From the NCBI GenBank assembly GCA_051649245.1, contig JBOFGS010000014.1:71013-103012 (forward strand): 32,000 nucleotides of DNA, written 5' to 3'. The notes under the pieces are model-generated. The model made no database searches. It was not told where the DNA came from and saw only the letters and a list, made by a program, of their open reading frames with translations. The stretch comes from Brevinema sp. GTDB taxonomy: Bacteria > Spirochaetota > Brevinematia > Brevinematales > Brevinemataceae. Positions 27,041 through 32,000 of the stretch are shown here, one piece after another. Position 1 is the stretch's first letter. Each line of letters begins with the position of its first letter. The position numbers and the translations under genes are program-made.

Positions 27041-27541
27041 TTAAAATATCTTTTTAATTACTAATACAAAATTATTAACATTTCTAGCTACTGCCATATT
27101 GTACAGTATATAGGTATTATGGAGTGAATCTTTGTACTTCAAAAAAATCTCTGTTTCAGTTTCATTATTAATAATATTAATCAGTTCATAATTAAGAATG
27201 TAACCTTGACAATACTCATAATTAGGTTTTTCTAAATTAAATTCTTCTGTAAATTCAGAGAGTGCTTCAAAATTTTGCTTTACAATAAAATTACCTTGTT
27301 TTATTGTAACCTCTAGTTTATTGAAAAAATACACAATAGATTCAAATGATATTTTGATCAGTTTTATATAACCAATTTCAATATTCACTCCCCCTATCGA
27401 TCGAAAAATAGGATAATTTTTTTTGAGTTTGATAGGATGTAAAATTGGAACATGAGCTGAGTTAATTTCTTCTTTAACTTTCATAATATCGATAAATAAA
27501 AAATGATTAATCAATGATTCTTCAGACCATTTTGTTTTCAT
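27041..27541 (-). CDS. Hypothetical cytosolic protein (166 aa), operonic with the adenylate cyclase
   Basis: Starts 20 nt after the cyclase stop with RBS AGAGG 5 nt before the ATG. It has no signal peptide or TM segment and no motif I recognise. Confidence 0.6.
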   Translation of the reverse strand: MKTKWSEESLINHFLFIDIMKVKEEINSAHVPILHPIKLKKNYPIFRSIGGVNIEIGYIKLIKISFESIVYFFNKLEVTIKQGNFIVKQNFEALSEFTEEFNLEKPNYEYCQGYILNYELINIINNETETEIFLKYKDSLHNTYILYNMAVARNVNNFVLVIKKIF

Positions 27542-27561
27542 AAAAACCTCTACGTATCAAT

Positions 27562-29316
27562 TTATGATTTAGTTGTCCATGTTTGAACACCATCCCAATT
27601 TTTTGGTGGATTTTTAATTAGGTAATGACATCGATCTCGATACAAGGTTAAAAGTGGATGAGTAAAAGGAGATTCTACTTCTAAAAGATCAAATGCACGT
27701 AGTGCAGTAGTAAAATTACCATTCAAATAGTCTTTTTGTATATTACTAAATTGTTTATAAAAAGACAACTCATTTGCAGGAATCTTTCTTTTATCAAAAG
27801 GATAATAAATTTTAACAGGATGAACTTTTCCTTTGACCCTTACAATATCAACGTTAAAAAACAATAAATCACTATCAGAAGAAACTGCATTTTTTGTAAA
27901 TTCACTTACCAAAATAGGCATATGGTATAATTTTGTAAGACCTTCTAATCTTGCTCCCAAATTTACAGGATCACCCATTACCGTATAATCAAGTTTTTGA
28001 TCAGAACCGATATTACCAACAATAGCTTCTCCAGTATTAATTCCAATGCCTATCTCAAAAGTCACAAGATTTGTTTTTTGTTGCTGATCATTGAATATTC
28101 TTAGGGATTCTATCATGTTTATCGCTGCATAAATAGCAGCTTCAGCATCGTTTGAATGTTTTTTAGGTGCCCCAAAAATCGCCATGATTGCATCACCAAT
28201 AAATTTATCAACAATGCCATTTTTCTCAATAATATGACGAACCATTAACGTAAAATAATTATTTAATGAAACAACCAATTTTTCTGGATCTAATGACTCT
28301 GAAATAGTAGTAAATTCACGAATATCCGAAAACAAAATAGTCACCATTTGTTTTTTACCAATCAACATTGTATCTGTTGAGTTTTCCAATACTTCTTCAA
28401 TAACATCACTAGGAACATATTTTTGGAAAATAAAACGTATTCGTTCTTCTCTTTTCTTGGCTAAAACAGTATTATAAGCATAATTCTTAATATAATTATA
28501 AGATTTTTCAAGCTCTTGGATCATTTGATTAAAATATTCGCCTAATAACCCTATCTCATCAGGATAAAAAATCTTAATACGTTTACTAAAATCCATGGTA
28601 TTTGTAATTTCTTTAATAGTTGCTAGAGAATAATTAAGTGGTCGTGTTAAAAAACTTACAAAAAATAAAATTAATATGATCATGACAATCAATCCAATCA
28701 AAACAATAATGATAATATAACGTATAATATTATTAACAGGTTTATAAAAATATTCATGTTTAGAAATTAATACAAACCATGCATCAGCGTTAAAGTTTGG
28801 AATAAAAATCCCAACATAGTGGATATTGTTTTGATCAGTATATTCAAACCAACTACTCCATTTTTCAGGAGTTTCTTCTAATATTTTTTCACGTTCTGTC
28901 AATAAATCATATACATTATTAAGATCATTTTGTGACCAATTACTTTCAGCAGAAAAATAAGTTTCAGTCAATATATTTATTTTATCATATGGAATAATAA
29001 AAAATATTTCATCTGTAAATTTTTTAGTATATTCGACGGTATTTTGTTTAATATTAAAAGTAACATCAATATTATTTTGATCAAGAATCACTTTTTGTTC
29101 AAATTCACCTTGAAAAAAAGAGTTTACTTCTTGAAGCTTATATCCAAGAAATTCTTTTGCGATACTTGTGATACCATTATTTGAAGAAAAATAAATAGTA
29201 AGGCTCAAAAATAAAAAAATAATTAAAAAAAAGGGAATAATAACAAGTAAAATCTTATATTTAATATTTTTTCTTATAAGAAATCCTTTTTTATGACCAT
29301 GAAGAAAATCATCCAT
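27562..29316 (-). CDS. Membrane sensor adenylate cyclase (2 TM, extracytoplasmic domain, HAMP, class IIIb cyclase)
   Basis: The cyclase core has VTILFSDIREFTTISE, VDKFIGDAIMAIFGAP, GINTGEAIVGNIGS and DYTVMGDPVNLGARLEG. The HAMP-like segment is RPLNYSLATIKEITN..IGLLGEYFNQMIQELE. Lys (DKFIGD) and Thr (DYTVMGD) occupy the substrate-specifying positions. The ATG at 29316 is preferred over the TTG at 29325. Confidence 0.88.
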   Translation of the reverse strand: MDDFLHGHKKGFLIRKNIKYKILLVIIPFFLIIFLFLSLTIYFSSNNGITSIAKEFLGYKLQEVNSFFQGEFEQKVILDQNNIDVTFNIKQNTVEYTKKFTDEIFFIIPYDKINILTETYFSAESNWSQNDLNNVYDLLTEREKILEETPEKWSSWFEYTDQNNIHYVGIFIPNFNADAWFVLISKHEYFYKPVNNIIRYIIIIVLIGLIVMIILILFFVSFLTRPLNYSLATIKEITNTMDFSKRIKIFYPDEIGLLGEYFNQMIQELEKSYNYIKNYAYNTVLAKKREERIRFIFQKYVPSDVIEEVLENSTDTMLIGKKQMVTILFSDIREFTTISESLDPEKLVVSLNNYFTLMVRHIIEKNGIVDKFIGDAIMAIFGAPKKHSNDAEAAIYAAINMIESLRIFNDQQQKTNLVTFEIGIGINTGEAIVGNIGSDQKLDYTVMGDPVNLGARLEGLTKLYHMPILVSEFTKNAVSSDSDLLFFNVDIVRVKGKVHPVKIYYPFDKRKIPANELSFYKQFSNIQKDYLNGNFTTALRAFDLLEVESPFTHPLLTLYRDRCHYLIKNPPKNWDGVQTWTTKS

Positions 29317-29412
29317 TTCAAACAACCATCCATAAAAATAACTTTATAGTTTTTATATATTATTAGAGATTTAAATAAAAAGCAAATAAAAAGTAAATGA
29401 TATTTTTATTTT

Positions 29413-29446
29413 TATACTATTGATTTTTTTTATGATCAATAGTATA
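29413..29446. repeat. Perfect 12-bp inverted repeat in the divergent cyclase/regulator promoter region
   Basis: TATACTATTGAT (29413-29424), a 10-nt spacer, then ATCAATAGTATA (29435-29446). The octamer TATACTAT recurs at 29413, 29443 and 29469. A tandem AAATAAAAAG with 11-bp period lies at 29373-29393. Confidence 0.8.
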
Positions 29447-29484
29447 CTATTAATATTTAATAAAATATTATACTATAGGTCATT

Positions 29485-30597
29485 ATGGAAAACAATCATT
29501 ATGAATCATACATCAAAACATTAAAACAAATTCATTATCTCTTTGTATCAATGCAAAATAGTAATAACATGCGAGATATGCTTGATATCACATTAAAAGA
29601 ATGTATCAGCATTACTAGAGCTACTTATGGTGTCATTATATTTAAACATCCTTTATCAGATCAGTTGTATTGCTACACAGCACAAAATATTCCTAATGAA
29701 ATAATACAGACTATAAGACTGAATATAAATGAAGGAATTTCAGGTACAACAATCAAAAATGGGTTGCCTAAAATCATCAATAATATTGATTTAGATCCAA
29801 AATATATATCGATCATTCCTGATACTAAATCAGAGCTATCAATGCCTATCAAAATCAATGATTCTACAATCGGTGCTATCGTTCTTGACAATTTCGAAAA
29901 AAATAGTTTTACAGAAAAAGACTTGGAATTTGTACAAATGATTTCAAGTTATGCAAGCTTTGCTGTGAAACATTTTATCACAGACTATCTTCAAAAAAAA
30001 TTTCATAAATTATTAGACACATTATTTTCAATTCGTTTCTTACAAAATCCAGACGATATATTTCAAAAACTTGCAACAGCAATGAATGTAAGAGGATGTT
30101 GTATTATTACTAATAAAGGAGAACAACTGTTTTCTTATGGTACCTTAGTAGATGATATTGATCTCTCTAAAGATTTATTTGAAAACAATCGCTCTTTTAT
30201 TTTGAATACTTCTAACAAAAAAAATATTCCTTATACTAGATTTACTATTCCTCGGAGTCAAAAAGATATGGTGTTTATAGCGGATAAAACTTATTATTTT
30301 TGTGATACTATTGACATGGACATGATTTTTTGTGATAATATATTAGAATTGTTAGCATCAAAAGAGTCTACGATTGCAAAATATGAAACATGCTCTACCC
30401 AAATTTTAAAATGGATAGAACAAACAATAGCTAGCCAAGACCAAAATCTGTATGATCTTGTAATTGGAGATATTGAAAAAAAATTAATAGAATGTACCTT
30501 AGCACGAAACAAAAATAATAAGCTCCGAACCTCTCAAATCTTAGGGATAAACAGAAATACATTACGTCATAAAATGGAACTGTACCATTTAGAATAA
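29485..30597 (+). CDS. GAF-domain transcriptional regulator with a C-terminal Fis-type HTH and no AAA+ module
   Basis: The N-terminal GAF pattern is ATYGVIIF..GISGTTIKNGLPKIINNIDLDPKY..SELSMPIKINDSTIGAIVLDN..FTEKDLEF. The C-terminal part, LIECTLARNKNNKLRTSQILGINRNTLRHKMELYHL, matches NtrC/Fis HTH_8. There is no GxxGxGK or GAFTGA. Confidence 0.7.
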   Translation: MENNHYESYIKTLKQIHYLFVSMQNSNNMRDMLDITLKECISITRATYGVIIFKHPLSDQLYCYTAQNIPNEIIQTIRLNINEGISGTTIKNGLPKIINNIDLDPKYISIIPDTKSELSMPIKINDSTIGAIVLDNFEKNSFTEKDLEFVQMISSYASFAVKHFITDYLQKKFHKLLDTLFSIRFLQNPDDIFQKLATAMNVRGCCIITNKGEQLFSYGTLVDDIDLSKDLFENNRSFILNTSNKKNIPYTRFTIPRSQKDMVFIADKTYYFCDTIDMDMIFCDNILELLASKESTIAKYETCSTQILKWIEQTIASQDQNLYDLVIGDIEKKLIECTLARNKNNKLRTSQILGINRNTLRHKMELYHLE

Positions 30598-30653
30598 TAT
30601 TTTTGCAAAATATATTATAATTTGTAAAACTAATCACACACTATAAACTATTT

Positions 30654-30863
30654 ATGGGGGGATTTATGGTAGATAAAGATCAAATTATTTGTTCATGTTT
30701 AAATATTACACTGGGAGAAATAGAAAGTGTTCTTACTGAAAATCTTGGGATTACAGTAGAAGAGATTATAGACAGAACCGGTGCTGGTTCTATTTGTGGA
30801 ATGTGTGTTGATGGTTCTAATGGTGTTGATCCTTGTATTGACACACTTGTAAATAATCAATAA
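30654..30863 (+). CDS. BFD-like [2Fe-2S]-binding domain protein
   Basis: Has CSC...(30 aa)...GAGSICGMC, the Cys-x-Cys / Cys-x2-Cys pattern of bacterioferritin-associated-ferredoxin-like domains. The start may be the second ATG at 30666. Confidence 0.75.
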   Translation: MGGFMVDKDQIICSCLNITLGEIESVLTENLGITVEEIIDRTGAGSICGMCVDGSNGVDPCIDTLVNNQ

Positions 30864-30881
30864 CTTCAAGTGATATAAAAT

Positions 30882-30914
30882 AATAAAACCCACTTATTTT
30901 GAGTGGGTTTTATT
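30882..30914. terminator. Bidirectional terminator between the BFD-like gene and accC
   Basis: AATAAAACCCACT-loop-AGTGGGTTTTATT, flanked by both stop codons. Confidence 0.75.
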
Positions 30915-30916
30915 AT

Positions 30917-32000
30917 TTATTCGTGAGATTCTTCTTGAAGAACAAAATGATCTAAAAATGTTGTGGTAAAGTCTCCTGAACGAAATATGGAGTCTTTCAT
31001 AACTTGTTTATGAAATGGAATAGTTGTAGAAACACCTTTTCCCATCAAAATTGTCTCATCCAACATACGATACATGCGATCTAATGCTTCTTCTCTTGTC
31101 TTACCAAAAGAGATCATTTTAGCAACTAAAGAATCATAAAATTGAGGAATCGTATAACCAGAATAGGCATGAGAATCTATACGAACACCAAATCCTCCTG
31201 GAAAATTAACAACATCTAATGTTCCAGGAGTTGGCATAAAATCTTTAAAAGGATTTTCTGCATTGATACGGCATTCAATTGCTGTACCAAGTAATTGAAT
31301 ATCATCTTGTTTGAATGATAATTTTTCTCCTGAAGCAATTAACAATTGCTCTTTTACGAGATCGATACCTGTAACTAATTCTGTAACACAATGTTCCACT
31401 TGAATTCGTGTATTAACTTCCATGAAATAGAATTTTTTACTAGATACATCGTAGAGAAATTCCATTGTTCCAGCACCAACATACCCTACTTTTTTCATGC
31501 CTTTAACACAAATATCACCTAATTCTTTTCGTTGTTTTGGAGTTAATGCAGGGCTTGGAGCTTCTTCAATCAGTTTTTGATGTCTGCGTTGAACGGAACA
31601 ATCACGTTCCATCAAATGAACGACATTTCCATGGGTATCACCAATAAATTGTACTTCAATATGACGTGGATTTTCATGAAATTTTTCCATATAGACACGA
31701 GCATCTCCAAAATTTATCTCTGCTTCACTACAAGCCACTGCATACATTTTGAAAAGCTCATCATCATTCCAGACAACACGCATTCCCTTACCACCACCAC
31801 CAGAACAAGCCTTGATAATCAACGGATAACCGGCATCTTTAGCAAAACTAAGAGCTTCTTCAACAGAAGAAAGAGCTCCTGTACCAGGGGTAATAGGAAC
31901 ACCTACTCCACTCATTTCTTTACGAGCTGCTGTCTTATTTCCTAAAAGATCAATGACTTCTGCTGAAGGTCCAATAAAAATAATATTATGTTTTTGGCAA
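30917..32000 (-). CDS. accC: Acetyl-CoA carboxylase biotin carboxylase subunit; the 5' end lies beyond the window
   Basis: ATP-grasp motifs are present: YPLIIKACSGGGGKGMRVV, HIEVQFIGD, ERDCSVQRRHQKLIEEAP, MEVNTRIQVEH. The frame stays open past the ORF-track ATG (31915) to the window edge, reading ..CQKHNIIFIGPSAEVIDLLGNKTAARKEM.., which is collinear with AccC. Confidence 0.93.
   Translation of the reverse strand, partial: CQKHNIIFIGPSAEVIDLLGNKTAARKEMSGVGVPITPGTGALSSVEEALSFAKDAGYPLIIKACSGGGGKGMRVVWNDDELFKMYAVACSEAEINFGDARVYMEKFHENPRHIEVQFIGDTHGNVVHLMERDCSVQRRHQKLIEEAPSPALTPKQRKELGDICVKGMKKVGYVGAGTMEFLYDVSSKKFYFMEVNTRIQVEHCVTELVTGIDLVKEQLLIASGEKLSFKQDDIQLLGTAIECRINAENPFKDFMPTPGTLDVVNFPGGFGVRIDSHAYSGYTIPQFYDSLVAKMISFGKTREEALDRMYRMLDETILMGKGVSTTIPFHKQVMKDSIFRSGDFTTTFLDHFVLQEESHE

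Noticed and set aside
27041-29316. Reading the cyclase plus small downstream gene as a Pycsar/CBASS-like anti-phage cyclic-nucleotide defence pair
   Set aside because: The cyclase has two TM helices, an extracytoplasmic sensor and a HAMP domain, with the Lys/Thr adenylate-type specificity pair. That is the architecture of a signal-transduction cyclase, not a cytosolic defence cyclase. The partner has no TIR, TM, nuclease, patatin or cNMP-binding signature that I can see. The neighbourhood is housekeeping with no other defence or mobile genes.
29673-30637. Minus-strand ORFs 29673..29891, 30294..30512 and 30431..30637, antisense to the GAF-HTH gene
   Set aside because: They are antisense shadow ORFs without RBS. 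The plus-strand frame has recognisable GAF and HTH motifs.
31577-31945. 122-aa plus-strand ORF antisense to accC
   Set aside because: It is antisense to a highly conserved ATP-grasp enzyme and has an odd, Thr/Ser/Phe-rich composition.

Overview
This is an AT-rich bacterial chromosomal backbone, roughly 30% G+C by eye. TGA is used as a stop codon. The gene content suggests a spirochaete-like or other AT-rich diderm anaerobe: PFOR-based pyruvate metabolism, a HAMP/class III cyclase, relaxed lipoboxes, an atypical HU/Hbb-like protein and a beta-barrel OMP. I cannot name the organism.

I support about 27 real CDS. They are clpX (5'-partial), an amino-acid ABC transporter (binding lipoprotein, permease, ATPase), potABCD, a membrane alkaline-phosphatase-superfamily transferase, and an archaeal/eukaryotic-type peptidyl-tRNA hydrolase Pth2. 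They also include an orphan radical SAM enzyme, an M18 aminopeptidase, a REC-like/PilZ-like protein, an OMP, pyruvate kinase and a sensor-like protein with a very large acidic linker. The rest are PFOR (nifJ), the recR-ybaB-dnaX block, an HU-family protein, a sensor adenylate cyclase with a small orphan partner, a GAF-Fis-HTH regulator, a BFD-like [2Fe-2S] protein and accC (5'-partial). There is also a six-gene tRNA operon (Pro, Arg, His, Arg, Leu, Gly) and many clean rho-independent terminators.

I found no transposase, integrase, CRISPR array, prophage or recognisable defence genes. The window is mostly housekeeping.

The most interesting structures, in order:
1. A divergent locus pairing a sensor class IIIb adenylate cyclase and a 166-aa orphan with a GAF-HTH regulator that lacks an AAA+ core. 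This may be a non-CRP cAMP circuit.
2. A GC-rich, apparently structured island at the 5' end of the potABCD leader.
3. A Pth2 gene sitting promoterless behind the tRNA operon terminator.
4. A pair of mutually exclusive perfect hairpins upstream of the REC/PilZ-like gene.

All functional assignments come from motif recognition by eye. No database search was run.
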